In this document: piece by piece, positions 1 through 9,250 of the stretch
Position numbering within the stretch: the first letter of the stretch is position 1
How the letters are laid out: every line of letters starts with the position of its first letter
Assembly: GCA_000025185.1 (NCBI GenBank)
Contig: CP001848.1
Location: 510,001-542,000 of the forward strand
Direction of reading: 5' to 3'
Length of the DNA stretch: 32,000 nucleotides
Origin: Pirellula staleyi DSM 6068
Lineage (GTDB): Bacteria > Planctomycetota > Planctomycetia > Pirellulales > Pirellulaceae
Translations under genes and position numbers: made by a program
The notes under the pieces: model-generated
What the model was told of the DNA's origin: nothing
The model's input: only the letters and a program-made list of their open reading frames with translations
Database searches by the model: none

Positions 1-135
1 CAGGGGAAGTGAAAAACCGACCTTCGCACAACCGCCGACTCTCCCTATACTCCGCCGCCTCAAGTCTCGTGACGCCGGCGACCAAAACTGCCGCCACGAC
101 ACCCATTAAATCAATGCCCAGCAAGGAGTTACGCC

Positions 136-975
136 ATGCGATCTATCGCCATCCTGAACCAAAAGGGAGGGGTCGGAAAGACCACCACGAGCGTGAATCT
201 GGCGGCTGCTTTGGCTGAATCGGGCCAGCGGGTGTGCGTGATGGACCTCGATCCGCAGGCGCATGCCTCACTCCATTTGGGCGTGACACTTCGCGAAGGG
301 GAACGAAGTGTCTACGACGTCCTTACCGGCGACCTGCTGCTGGCCGACGTTCGCAAACAACTTGCGCCGAATTTGTGGCTCGTTCCGGCCCACATCGACC
401 TGGCTGCAGCCGAGGTTGAGCTTGCTGGCGAAGTGGGTCGCGAAGTGATTTTGCGCGACAAATTGGCACAAGACGACCAGCAGTTCGACTACATGATCAT
501 CGACTGCCCACCCTCGCTGGGCGTGCTGACGATCAACGCCCTAACGATGGTCAAAGAAGTTTTTCTCCCCATGCAGCCCCACTTCCTGGCCCTGCATGGT
601 CTTTCGAAGCTCCTCCGAACGATCGAAGTGGTGAGCAAGCGGCTGAACCGTGGTCTCAAACTGTCGGGTGTGCTGCTCTGCATGTACGACAGCGGAACGC
701 GCCTCGCCGCCGAAGTGAGCAGCGACGTCACCGAGTATTTCACACGCGAACGCACTCCCGAATGTGTTTGGTCGGAAGCTCGAACATTCCAGACCCGCAT
801 TCGTCGCAACATTCGACTGGCAGAAGCTCCCAGCTTTGGCCAATCGATTTTCGAGTACGCACCTCAGTCGCATGGAGCCGACGACTATCGCGAACTGGCT
901 GCTGAAGTGATGGCGAGCACCGCTGCGGGCAAAACCGTTAGCTCCCCCGCTGCTCCGATCCGCGCTGCTGCCTAA
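136..975 (+). CDS. ParA/Soj-family P-loop ATPase (orphan; no parB next to it)
   Basis: 279-aa ORF with ATG at 136 preceded by AAGGAG (123-128). Deviant Walker A 'LNQKGGVGKTTTSVNLAAAL' plus 'MDLDPQ' and 'IIDCPPSLG' are typical of the ParA/MinD superfamily. The downstream gene is convergent, so no ParB partner is present. Confidence 0.9.
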   Translation: MRSIAILNQKGGVGKTTTSVNLAAALAESGQRVCVMDLDPQAHASLHLGVTLREGERSVYDVLTGDLLLADVRKQLAPNLWLVPAHIDLAAAEVELAGEVGREVILRDKLAQDDQQFDYMIIDCPPSLGVLTINALTMVKEVFLPMQPHFLALHGLSKLLRTIEVVSKRLNRGLKLSGVLLCMYDSGTRLAAEVSSDVTEYFTRERTPECVWSEARTFQTRIRRNIRLAEAPSFGQSIFEYAPQSHGADDYRELAAEVMASTAAGKTVSSPAAPIRAAA

Positions 976-1010
976 ATCGCTCCCCTTATTTCTTCGCGAC
1001 CGGTGCCGAA

Positions 1011-1778
1011 CTAGCTGTCGAGAAATTCGACCGAGCCGGTCGCCAAATCGTAAATCGCCCCGACGACAAGCACATCGCCCCGGTCCAATGAGGCTTTTGC
1101 AGCCGGGTAGCTCGTGATCTGCTCGACACTCGATCGAACGTTCAGCTTCACCGCCTCCGCAATCAACTGTTCGAGTGGCATGTCGAGATCGAGCTTTGCC
1201 AGCCCTGGCTCAATCCGCTCGATCAACTTGGTGATGAACGGCGGCTCTTTCGCTTGGCCACGTTTGTACTCGACGGCGGCAGTCACCGCGCCACAGCCCC
1301 CATGTCCCATCACTACGATGAGTGGCGTTTTGAGATGGACTCGCGCGTACTGAATACTCCCCAGCACATCGTCGGCGATAATGTTCCCGGCCACACGAAT
1401 CGTAAAGACTTCGCCGAACCCTTGATCGAACACGAGTTCAGGAGGCACGCGCGAATCGCTGCAACCAATCACCACGGTGTGAGGATGCTGCGAACCCACC
1501 AGATGCTTACGCCACGACGCACTTTCGTGGGCATGGCGTGTCTTTCCCTCTACGAATCGCGCATTCCCGGCGATCAGCTGCTCGAGCGCTTCACGGCCAC
1601 TGGTGATCGGCTCGCTTGCCGGTTGTTCAGCGTTCGCCGATTCACGCGCGTTCGGCTCACTCGTCTGGTCGGCGATTTTTTCTGGCGCACATCCGGCCAG
1701 ACCGGCCAACGACAACATGCCTGCATTGTGCAGCCACTGGCGGCGCGACGCTTCCACTCGAACTTTGTCTGGCTTCAT
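1011..1778 (-). CDS. beta-class carbonic anhydrase, exported (Tat-like leader plus lipobox)
   Basis: 255-aa ORF with ATG at 1778. The leader has 'SRRQWL' and 'LAGC'. Beta-CA zinc-site motifs 'GCSDSRV' and 'HGGCGA' are present. Confidence 0.85.
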   Translation of the reverse strand: MKPDKVRVEASRRQWLHNAGMLSLAGLAGCAPEKIADQTSEPNARESANAEQPASEPITSGREALEQLIAGNARFVEGKTRHAHESASWRKHLVGSQHPHTVVIGCSDSRVPPELVFDQGFGEVFTIRVAGNIIADDVLGSIQYARVHLKTPLIVVMGHGGCGAVTAAVEYKRGQAKEPPFITKLIERIEPGLAKLDLDMPLEQLIAEAVKLNVRSSVEQITSYPAAKASLDRGDVLVVGAIYDLATGSVEFLDS

Positions 1779-1861
1779 CTGCTACCTGATTCCCCGGCGC
1801 ACAACTGCTGCGCTCACTGGCCCACCATAAAGTTTTCTTAATAGCCGTGACGACGGCTCGA

Positions 1862-3385
1862 CTACTGCGGACCTACGGGGCGTGTGCGACCGTCGGCGAT
1901 GATGGTGGCGAGCAACTTTTGGAGCTTCTCGAGCTCCGCAGGAAACTCGGCTGCGACATTTTTTGTCTCCCCCGGATCGCTGGAAAGCCGAAACAGCTGA
2001 TCCGCTTCGCGCGCTCCCGGGCCCTTCTTCTTGCCAGGCAAAGCGCCGCCACGAACGAGTTTCCAGTCCCCCGCACGAAGCCCCAGCTTGGTCCCACCAT
2101 TGTCTTGCTGCAACACATACTCGCGCCCCGCCGCTGCTTTATCACCCAGCAGAGTGTCGAGCAGATTCAAACTATCGAGGCAGGCATCTTCGGGAATCTT
2201 GGCGCCCGCTAGTGCTGCAAATGAGCTCGCGAAATCGATCGTCGAGACCAGCTTGTCCGAGACGCCACTCGCCACACGACCTTTCCACGACACAATAAAC
2301 GGCGTGCGCGTGCCACCTTCGAACACACTGTATTTTCCGCCCCGAAATAGCCCCGCTGCGGCGTGTTTGCCAATCAGTTCCACTGCCTGATCTTTGTAGC
2401 CATCGTTGAGGACAGGTCCATTGTCGCTGCAGATCACCACCAGGGTGTTCTCGGCGAGCTGATGCTGCTCAAGGACTTTCATTAGTTCGCCGACACACCA
2501 ATCAAACTCCAAGATCGAATCGCCACGCGGGCCCATACCACTCTTTCCCACAAAACGCTCGTGAGGCGTACGGGGGACATGGATATCGTGTGCCGCGAAG
2601 TACAAAAAGAAAGGCCCCGCTTTGTTCGCTTCAATCCACTGGGCCGATGCCTTCACCCACTCGTCGGCCAGATCCTGATCGCGAAAACGGGCCTTCATCC
2701 CACCCGTATAGAAACCGATGCGGCTGATCCCGTTATGAATCGTGCCGTTGTGACCATAGTCCCAGTCCATCGCGAGTGTCGAGCGGTGCGAGATGCCCGT
2801 GGGATGATCGTCGCTCGGCTTTTCATCACCCACCCACAGTGGATCGGCCGGATCGAGATTCCTGACGCGATGATTTTCGACAAACACCTGCGGCACGCGA
2901 TCGTTAGTGGTCGGCAGCAGCAGACAGTGGTCAAACCCAATCTCGAGCGGCCCAGGTTTGAGCTCCCCATTCCAGTCTGGCTTTCCGACGCCAAGTCCGA
3001 GATGCCATTTGCCGATGCAGGCCGTGGCATACCCTTGCGACTTCAGCAGCGAAGCCACGGTGACCGTTTCAGGTTGAATGAGCGCTGGAGAATTCGGGGC
3101 GGCGATGCCGGTCCCCTTTACGCGAAACGCATAAGTGCCGGTGAGGAGCGAATAGCGTGTCGGTGTGCAGGTCGATGCCGAGCAATAGCCGCTCGTAAAA
3201 CGTAGCCCTTCCGCCGCGACCCGATCGATGTGCGGCGTCGCAATCGTCTGGCTCCCATTGCAACCCAGATCGCCATAACCCAAGTCGTCGGCGATGATCA
3301 CAATGATGTTGGGCTTCTCGGCCGACGAAGCGATGGCGGCAACAAGAATTAACAGCCCCGAAGCAAGCAGTGTGCGCAGCGACAT
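1862..3385 (-). CDS. arylsulfatase-family sulfatase (formylglycine-dependent)
   Basis: Signal peptide 'MSLRTLLASGLLILVAAIASSA', then 'IIADDLGYGDLG' and the sulfatase signature 'CTPTR' within 'SASTCTPTRYSLLTG'. I prefer ATG 3385; the ORF track opens two codons earlier at TTG 3391. Confidence 0.9.
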   Translation of the reverse strand: MSLRTLLASGLLILVAAIASSAEKPNIIVIIADDLGYGDLGCNGSQTIATPHIDRVAAEGLRFTSGYCSASTCTPTRYSLLTGTYAFRVKGTGIAAPNSPALIQPETVTVASLLKSQGYATACIGKWHLGLGVGKPDWNGELKPGPLEIGFDHCLLLPTTNDRVPQVFVENHRVRNLDPADPLWVGDEKPSDDHPTGISHRSTLAMDWDYGHNGTIHNGISRIGFYTGGMKARFRDQDLADEWVKASAQWIEANKAGPFFLYFAAHDIHVPRTPHERFVGKSGMGPRGDSILEFDWCVGELMKVLEQHQLAENTLVVICSDNGPVLNDGYKDQAVELIGKHAAAGLFRGGKYSVFEGGTRTPFIVSWKGRVASGVSDKLVSTIDFASSFAALAGAKIPEDACLDSLNLLDTLLGDKAAAGREYVLQQDNGGTKLGLRAGDWKLVRGGALPGKKKGPGAREADQLFRLSSDPGETKNVAAEFPAELEKLQKLLATIIADGRTRPVGPQ

Positions 3386-3389
3386 CGGC

Positions 3390-3459
3390 AAAACTCTCGT
3401 CGTAGGATTCTGGTCCCAAGCACCTCGGATCCAAGCGATCCGAGATTCCTAGCGACGAG
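3390..3459 (-). terminator. nested GC-rich stem-loop plus T4 between the G8 gene and the sulfatase start (terminator or attenuator)
   Basis: Outer arms are CTCGTCGTAGGA (3396-3407) and TCCTAGCGACGAG (3447-3459), with a 1-nt bulge. They enclose a perfect 8-bp hairpin CTCGGATC-caagc-GATCCGAG (3424-3444). On the minus strand the structure is followed by AGTTTTGCCG and then ATG 3385. Confidence 0.4.
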
Positions 3460-3529
3460 TATAGTCGATCGCGATTGGCCTTCGCCAATACAGCAGCGGA
3501 GGGGGCCATCGCAGATACGATTTTGCGAT

Positions 3530-5731
3530 CTACTCCCCGTGATGACCGGCGGGATGCGAGGCAGGGCGAATCGATGGAGCGGGATCTCCCTCGAGCGAAA
3601 CGCGATGGCCACGCGGCTCGAGATTGCCAGCTTCGTCGGTAGCAATCGCCACGATTTCTGGAAGCTGAGCTGCCGGAAGAACCACTTCCCACTCGGCAAA
3701 TTCTCCGCGCAGGGAAGTCGCCAGCTTATCCCCCACTTTCACCTGCGCCACGGCGGAATCGTCGGTCGCTACGCCCCGAACAACGAGCATCCCATCGCTC
3801 CCTTGGGTGCAGCTGGTGACCACCGTCACCGGCGGGCGTGTATCCTTGCGCTGAAAATTGGGGAACGACGGCCCCTTCTCCGCCATATGAATCGTCGGCC
3901 CATGTCCACCCATCGGGAAGAAGATCGAGTGCGAGTGAATCTGGCGGAAGGCGATGTTGTCGTACTGATGCAAGTCCATCACCGAGCGCCAAATTCCATA
4001 GTTGCAATCAAACACATCGAGACCATCGACGCTCACCGACGGCGCAAAGGTGTGAAAGGCCCAGTGCGTATCCCAGGCTTTGAAGTTACGAATCCGAAAC
4101 GGTTCGGCGGCGCTGGGGCCAATTCCTTCAGTCGTGCCGCCGATCGATTTCGCAAAATCCTCGGCCGACTTTTCCTCGCTGAATTGTCCGTAAGTCAGTC
4201 CACGAATACCACCAAGATTCAGGCCAAACCGACGATGGCAGTGGACCTCGTTATCGTCGAACTGCAGGAATGGGAGCGTGCGAATGTCGACCTCTTTGGT
4301 CGTTCCATCGGCCTGCAGCACTTCCAAAACAGGGCTGAATTTGGCGGTCTTTTCCGCTTCGAAGCGAAAGCCATGCTGATCGCATTCGGTGGCGACATTG
4401 CGTGTGAAAGCGTTCAGACTATTGGCCCACCAGAACCCGGCCCCATCGTTCAGATCGAACGGCAGGACTTGCTCGGGAAGAGGCGCGCCATTGAGCGCCT
4501 GCACCGCCAGGTTGCGATCGAAAAAGTTATAGACTTCGGTTCCATCTTCAAAGAAGAATCCGTGGCCAATGCTTTGAAAGCCTACACAGTCGCGAACCAC
4601 CAGATACTGCGTTCCGTGCACTGTGATCCAGCGATTGTGGCTATCCCAAATCGACGCGCCGATCACGGAACTGCCACGCATCGAGTCGCTCACCAAATGG
4701 AAATGGATCGGGTAGCGGCCGAGCACACCTTGCTTTCCCAAGTGACGAAACTCAGCGTAGCTGATCGATCCTGAAGAGCCGTGGTGATACATCGTGTGAC
4801 CACGCGCACCGGCGGGATCAGCCGACTCGATCACCACATTCCGTGTCAGGTTTGCAACCTCGGCGCTATACTCCCCTCCGCGGTGCGTTTTCTCAAGCGG
4901 TTTATCGAGCTCAATCGTCAGGCGTGCTCGGCCCGTCATACCCGCGTCGGGATTGGACTCTATCAAGGCAGCCAGATGCCGCACTTCCGAAGCAGGCTGA
5001 TCGGTAACATGTTCCGATTTCACCCCTGCGCTCGGCTCTTGGCGAGCGGTGCCAGTGATCAGCAACTGATCCCCGGCTTGCCACTCTCCCACCGTATCGG
5101 TGAGGAACAAGCGGGTCGCGCCGGCATCGGCTGTGCGCGTCAATTTTGTCCAGGTCCGTTTCATCGGAGCGCCGTGGATCTCCATCCTCCCGCCGCAGCA
5201 AACAATCGCTGGCCACGATTTGGCATCGGTCCCCTCGATCGCATGTAAACGAATGAGCGCGCGAAACTTCGTGGGAATCGGCATCTCGGGCGTGCCAATC
5301 AAGAGCGCAGCCCGCTTCGCGCCGGACGTTTCTTTTTTCCCGTGATCATGCTGAGCAGACGCTGCTGTGGGGCTGCAATCAAATCCTTGTTCCAAAATCT
5401 GATCCCCCGCTTCCACGCGGAGCAATCCGACCTCGAGACGCGTATTGCACTCGACCGAAAAACGGAGGGTTCCCGAAACATGAATCGAGCGAATCACTTC
5501 CTTCGACACGACGTCGTAGAGCACTTCGTGACCACTATGGACCAGCACAATATCCCCTTGCTGAGGAACCCGCGCGAGATCCCATGTCGCAGCTGCTGAC
5601 CAAGAGCCGCTCTGCACCGATTTCAGCACCGATGGTTCAGCTCCCTGAAGAGGTGCGTGTGTCAGCAGCATTAGCAGCATGGCGATCGCGCTGGCAAAAC
5701 AGCCGCTTCGCGCTGGAAAGCAACAATGCAT
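3530..5731 (-). CDS. secreted G8-domain / right-handed beta-helix protein with C-terminal Ig-like domain (possible glycan-active enzyme)
   Basis: 733-aa ORF with ATG 5731 and a signal peptide. The N-terminal 'GSWSAAATWDLARVPQQGDIVLVHSGHEVLYDV...IHVSGTLRF' matches the G8-domain pattern. It is followed by Gly/Asn/His-rich beta-helix-like repeats. Confidence 0.6.
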   Translation of the reverse strand: MHCCFPARSGCFASAIAMLLMLLTHAPLQGAEPSVLKSVQSGSWSAAATWDLARVPQQGDIVLVHSGHEVLYDVVSKEVIRSIHVSGTLRFSVECNTRLEVGLLRVEAGDQILEQGFDCSPTAASAQHDHGKKETSGAKRAALLIGTPEMPIPTKFRALIRLHAIEGTDAKSWPAIVCCGGRMEIHGAPMKRTWTKLTRTADAGATRLFLTDTVGEWQAGDQLLITGTARQEPSAGVKSEHVTDQPASEVRHLAALIESNPDAGMTGRARLTIELDKPLEKTHRGGEYSAEVANLTRNVVIESADPAGARGHTMYHHGSSGSISYAEFRHLGKQGVLGRYPIHFHLVSDSMRGSSVIGASIWDSHNRWITVHGTQYLVVRDCVGFQSIGHGFFFEDGTEVYNFFDRNLAVQALNGAPLPEQVLPFDLNDGAGFWWANSLNAFTRNVATECDQHGFRFEAEKTAKFSPVLEVLQADGTTKEVDIRTLPFLQFDDNEVHCHRRFGLNLGGIRGLTYGQFSEEKSAEDFAKSIGGTTEGIGPSAAEPFRIRNFKAWDTHWAFHTFAPSVSVDGLDVFDCNYGIWRSVMDLHQYDNIAFRQIHSHSIFFPMGGHGPTIHMAEKGPSFPNFQRKDTRPPVTVVTSCTQGSDGMLVVRGVATDDSAVAQVKVGDKLATSLRGEFAEWEVVLPAAQLPEIVAIATDEAGNLEPRGHRVSLEGDPAPSIRPASHPAGHHGE

Positions 5732-5788
5732 CGAAGTAGATCTCGTGGGGGATAGTGTGTGTAGTCGTGTGTGTGAGCAAGAGCGCGC

Positions 5789-6292
5789 TCATTGCGCTGG
5801 AATTTGAATTGCTGGTATCTGGTTCTCTCCCGCAGCGATTTCGATGAGCCCCAGTGGTCGGTATGGACTATCGAATCGGCCCCGAAAACGATCGGGAATT
5901 GTTTCGCCACTCGCGAGTATTTCCTCGCGCACGGCTGGTGGAATTCGTTCATCGGGCCAGGTGAGGGTGATGACCCACCGTCCGGCTGGCGCACCGTCGT
6001 GCTGCACATAAGTGCCGAGCTTAAAGCGCCCTTCAGCATCGGTGATACCGTTGGGACGGAATGGCGAAACAGCCGCACGCGAACCATCGGCTGCTGCAGA
6101 GACCATCTCCTCGGGATAGAGAACGACCGAAGCACCTGCGACGGGACTTCCCCCGAAAAGCACTTGTCCCGAAGCTGGGTGGAGTAGTTCGCCAGTCGCT
6201 TCGGATGCACAACCACCCGCCGTGATTACCAGCACCACTGCGGCGATGCATGTGAACGCCTGCAGCCTTTCCCAAAGATGTCGCATCGTCAT
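5789..6292 (-). CDS. small lipoprotein with carboxypeptidase-regulatory-like (transthyretin-like) fold
   Basis: 167 aa. The leader ends in the lipobox 'TAGGC'. '[22 protein letters not shown]...[13 protein letters not shown]...GRWVITLTW' is typical of CarboxypepD_reg-like domains. Its ATG (6292-6290) overlaps the TGA (6291-6289) of the upstream DUF1559 gene. Confidence 0.5.
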   Translation of the reverse strand: MTMRHLWERLQAFTCIAAVVLVITAGGCASEATGELLHPASGQVLFGGSPVAGASVVLYPEEMVSAAADGSRAAVSPFRPNGITDAEGRFKLGTYVQHDGAPAGRWVITLTWPDERIPPAVREEILASGETIPDRFRGRFDSPYRPLGLIEIAAGENQIPAIQIPAQ

Positions 6293-7308
6293 GGCATCAT
6301 CACCGCTTCGCCACCCAAAGGAGACCCCAGCGCGCGAAACGTATCGCCATCGATCGTTTCACTCAGGAAGCGAACCGAACCATCAGCGAGTCCGAACATG
6401 CATCCCGATGGATGAAAGCTGTACGGCTGAAACTGATTCGTGCAATTCATCATGCACGGACCTTTTTGCACGAGTCCATCGGCGGTGTAGGAGTTGAGCG
6501 CCATTGCCGTGTTGCCCGCCCAAGCCGAGAACAAAAAGATCCCCCCGGCTACGGGCGTAATCGTTTTGCCATGCACGTAATACTCGGGGCGCCCGCCAAT
6601 CTCGACGAACCAAAAGGTGTTGGAGGTGCCATCGACTATCGCGGCCAGATTGGGACAGAGTGGGCCACCTCCGGTTTGACCCACGAGTTGCCCATTCGTC
6701 GCACGTGCAAAGCAACCTTCGAGCACCACATTCGCCGTGTTCCGAACGTTTCGCACCGGATAGTAGTTGTTGACCGCTGCGGTTCCGGTGGGTGTCTGTG
6801 TGGTCGACGAGATGTCGATCAGATTCACTTTCTTCTCGCCGTTGGTCGACGACGGGCAGTAGTAAAACGGTATGCGTGTGTTGATGGCGACTTGATTGAC
6901 AGGATGATCAAACCCCATGTCGTAGTTGTAGATATTGTTCACATTCCCTTGCTCGGCGAATGGAAGAATCAAAGCTTGGAGGCCGTTGGAGGTGCTCTTC
7001 CCATCGGTGTTGGTGAAGGTGGCTTGGCTCGGCGGGAGCGCTAAATGCGTGTCGTGATAGTTGTGTATCGCCAGATTGATTTGCTTCAGGTTATTGCTGC
7101 ATGACATGCGCCGTGCGGCTTCGCGGGCTGCTTGCACGGCTGGAAGTAGCAGCGCGACGAGCACACCAATGATGGCGATCACTACGAGGAGTTCGACAAG
7201 CGTGAAAGCGGGCCGATGTGGAGGCCGCCGAAGTGGCGTAGCGAATCGAACGAGCGCAAACGACCGGCACAAAACAGCATGGGCAAATTGCATGGAACCA
7301 GCAGGCAT
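6289..7308 (-). CDS. DUF1559 protein with type IV pilin/pseudopilin-like N-terminal methylation motif
   Basis: '[53 protein letters not shown]' is the hallmark N-terminus of the DUF1559 family expanded in Planctomycetes. ATG at 7308, alternative ATG at 7293. Confidence 0.9.
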   Translation of the reverse strand: MPAGSMQFAHAVLCRSFALVRFATPLRRPPHRPAFTLVELLVVIAIIGVLVALLLPAVQAAREAARRMSCSNNLKQINLAIHNYHDTHLALPPSQATFTNTDGKSTSNGLQALILPFAEQGNVNNIYNYDMGFDHPVNQVAINTRIPFYYCPSSTNGEKKVNLIDISSTTQTPTGTAAVNNYYPVRNVRNTANVVLEGCFARATNGQLVGQTGGGPLCPNLAAIVDGTSNTFWFVEIGGRPEYYVHGKTITPVAGGIFLFSAWAGNTAMALNSYTADGLVQKGPCMMNCTNQFQPYSFHPSGCMFGLADGSVRFLSETIDGDTFRALGSPLGGEAVMMP

Positions 7309-7494
7309 CGCAAGAGACGGAGACCTGTGGCTGACGGCTGGCTAAGGTCGCAAATGATGCGTTAACTTCGTAGCAATTCTGAGGCCGAGTGGAATTACAA
7401 TTTGCTCAGTTTCAGCGAAGTGTCAGTTTAGCGAGCTTTTCGCATCGCCATGCGCGCAATGCTGCCTGGTAGCGATGCACGAGAGTGCGATGCC

Positions 7495-7551
7495 GAGCAT
7501 TTGGTGTCGATCGGGCCGACAGCGGCGCTCGATTGCTCGACACCAATGCTC
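7495..7551 (-). terminator. long imperfect inverted repeat immediately downstream of the aldehyde dehydrogenase stop
   Basis: GAGCATTTGGTGTCGA (7495-7510) pairs with TCGACACCAATGCTC (7537-7551), giving a 15-bp stem with one bulged T and a 26-nt loop. No clear U-run, so its function is uncertain. Confidence 0.3.
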
Positions 7552-7568
7552 GAAGCTGCCAGCGAGTG

Positions 7569-9149
7569 CTACTCAGCGTCGGCGGTGGTCCAGCTGTTGT
7601 TAATCAGTCGCTGCAGGGTGCCGGTGGGATTCTTCTTTTGAAGTGTCGCCGGAAGACGATGGTCGCGCACACCGTCGTAGCACGCGAGCATTCCAAAACG
7701 TCGCATCGATGCCGGAATGCCGACGGCGGTGAAGCCGGGATGGCCGGTTGCGGGATAGGGACCGCCATGATTCATCGCCGAGCTAACAGCGACGCCTGTC
7801 GGCATTTTGTCGTTGATGAGACGTCCCACTTTTTGTCGCAAGATCGGCGCGAGGAGATCGTACGAAGGGTCATCGGCGCCGCCAGTATGCGAGTAGATGC
7901 AACCGGTGAGATTCCCTTCGAGCTGCGCGAGAACTTGCGCCGCTTCACTATCGGAGTCGCACACAACAATCAGCGAGGCGTTGCCGAATGCTTCCGTTTG
8001 CAGCGCGGCTGCATTGCGCAAAAACTGTTGCCCCGAAGCTCGCAAAAGCGTGTTGGCATAGCTGAATCCTTTGCCTCCACCACTTGCACCACCGACCAGC
8101 ACCTGCGCGCCACTTTGCGTCAGCGTGCTGACACCAGCGGCCAGCGATTTTGCCACACTGGCCGAGAGTAGTGTGCCGACCGGAGCTGCAGAAAACTTAC
8201 CCACGAGTTGGGCGATGAACTTTTCTGTTGCTTCGCTCGCAACAAGCACCACAAGCCCAGGATTGGTGCAGAACTGCCCTGTTCCCATCAAGCAGCTGGT
8301 GGTGAATTGACCGGCGATGTCGTCACCCTTTTCTGCCAGGGCGCCGGGCAGAATGACCACAGGATTCACGCTCGAAAGCTCGAGGTAAATCGGTTTCCCC
8401 GCGCGATCGGCAGCGGCCTTCAAAACCAAACCTGCATGGCGGCTTCCGGTATAACCGATCGCGCCGACACGCGGGTCGCTCACCAGTTTTTCGCCATCGG
8501 CATGCGAAGTTCGGTAGATCAACTGCACCGTGGCTTTGGGAAGCTTGGTGGCTTCTACAGCAGCAAACGCTTCCCGCGCGAGGAGCATCGTGGTGAGTGG
8601 ATGCGACGAATTCGCCTTGGCTATGACGGGACAACCGGCGGCAATCGCCGCTGCGAAATCGCCACCGCTCGCGCTGTTAAACGCTAGGGGAAAATTGTTG
8701 GGACCAAACACCACCACCGGGCCAATCGCTTCCAGCTGCGAGGCAAGGCCAAGCTTTGTATCGATCGTCGGGAGAGCCCAGGCGCCGTCGCGTGCTGCAG
8801 CAGCCGCTTGGCGTAATTGTCCCGTGGTACGCGGGAGTTCATTTCCTTCGAGACGTGGATTTTTGGGGAGCGCGGTTTCGCGACTGGCCGTGGCGACGAG
8901 TTCGTCTTTCGCGGCTTCGATTCGAGCTGCAAAAGCCTCGAGAAACTCGGCGATTTTCGACGCTGGAAGTTTTCGCAGAGCCTGAAATGCCTCGGCAGCA
9001 GCGGTGAGTGCTTCGTCGCAATCGGCCCAAGTGCTTACAGGAAATTCTGTCTCGATCGGCTCGGCCAGCGCCGGATCGTACGACTGAAACGTGCCACTTG
9101 CATTCGCTGCACGCCACTTACCAGCAATCAACACTTGAGCCAAACTCAT
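7569..9149 (-). CDS. NAD(P)+-dependent aldehyde dehydrogenase, alpha-ketoglutaric-semialdehyde-dehydrogenase-like
   Basis: About 526 aa from ATG 9149 ('MSLAQVLIAGKWRAA...'); the ORF track opens at GTG 9185. The length and layout are ALDH-superfamily, with 'FGPNNFPLAF', 'GYTGS' and 'GTGQFCTNPG' (catalytic Cys region). It lies directly downstream of the FAH-family gene. Confidence 0.85.
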   Translation of the reverse strand: MSLAQVLIAGKWRAANASGTFQSYDPALAEPIETEFPVSTWADCDEALTAAAEAFQALRKLPASKIAEFLEAFAARIEAAKDELVATASRETALPKNPRLEGNELPRTTGQLRQAAAAARDGAWALPTIDTKLGLASQLEAIGPVVVFGPNNFPLAFNSASGGDFAAAIAAGCPVIAKANSSHPLTTMLLAREAFAAVEATKLPKATVQLIYRTSHADGEKLVSDPRVGAIGYTGSRHAGLVLKAAADRAGKPIYLELSSVNPVVILPGALAEKGDDIAGQFTTSCLMGTGQFCTNPGLVVLVASEATEKFIAQLVGKFSAAPVGTLLSASVAKSLAAGVSTLTQSGAQVLVGGASGGGKGFSYANTLLRASGQQFLRNAAALQTEAFGNASLIVVCDSDSEAAQVLAQLEGNLTGCIYSHTGGADDPSYDLLAPILRQKVGRLINDKMPTGVAVSSAMNHGGPYPATGHPGFTAVGIPASMRRFGMLACYDGVRDHRLPATLQKKNPTGTLQRLINNSWTTADAE

Positions 9150-9250
9150 CGCTATCTGCTTTCTAGTAACAATGCTCAGCCGCACACAGGCAGGCTGAAC
9201 ATCGAACCGTCAAAAAAATGCACCATCGCCCGACGGACCACGCTACTGCG

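Noticed and set aside
3539-4774. 411-aa plus-strand ORF
   Set aside because: It is antisense to the G8/beta-helix gene and has no motifs. It is a shadow ORF.
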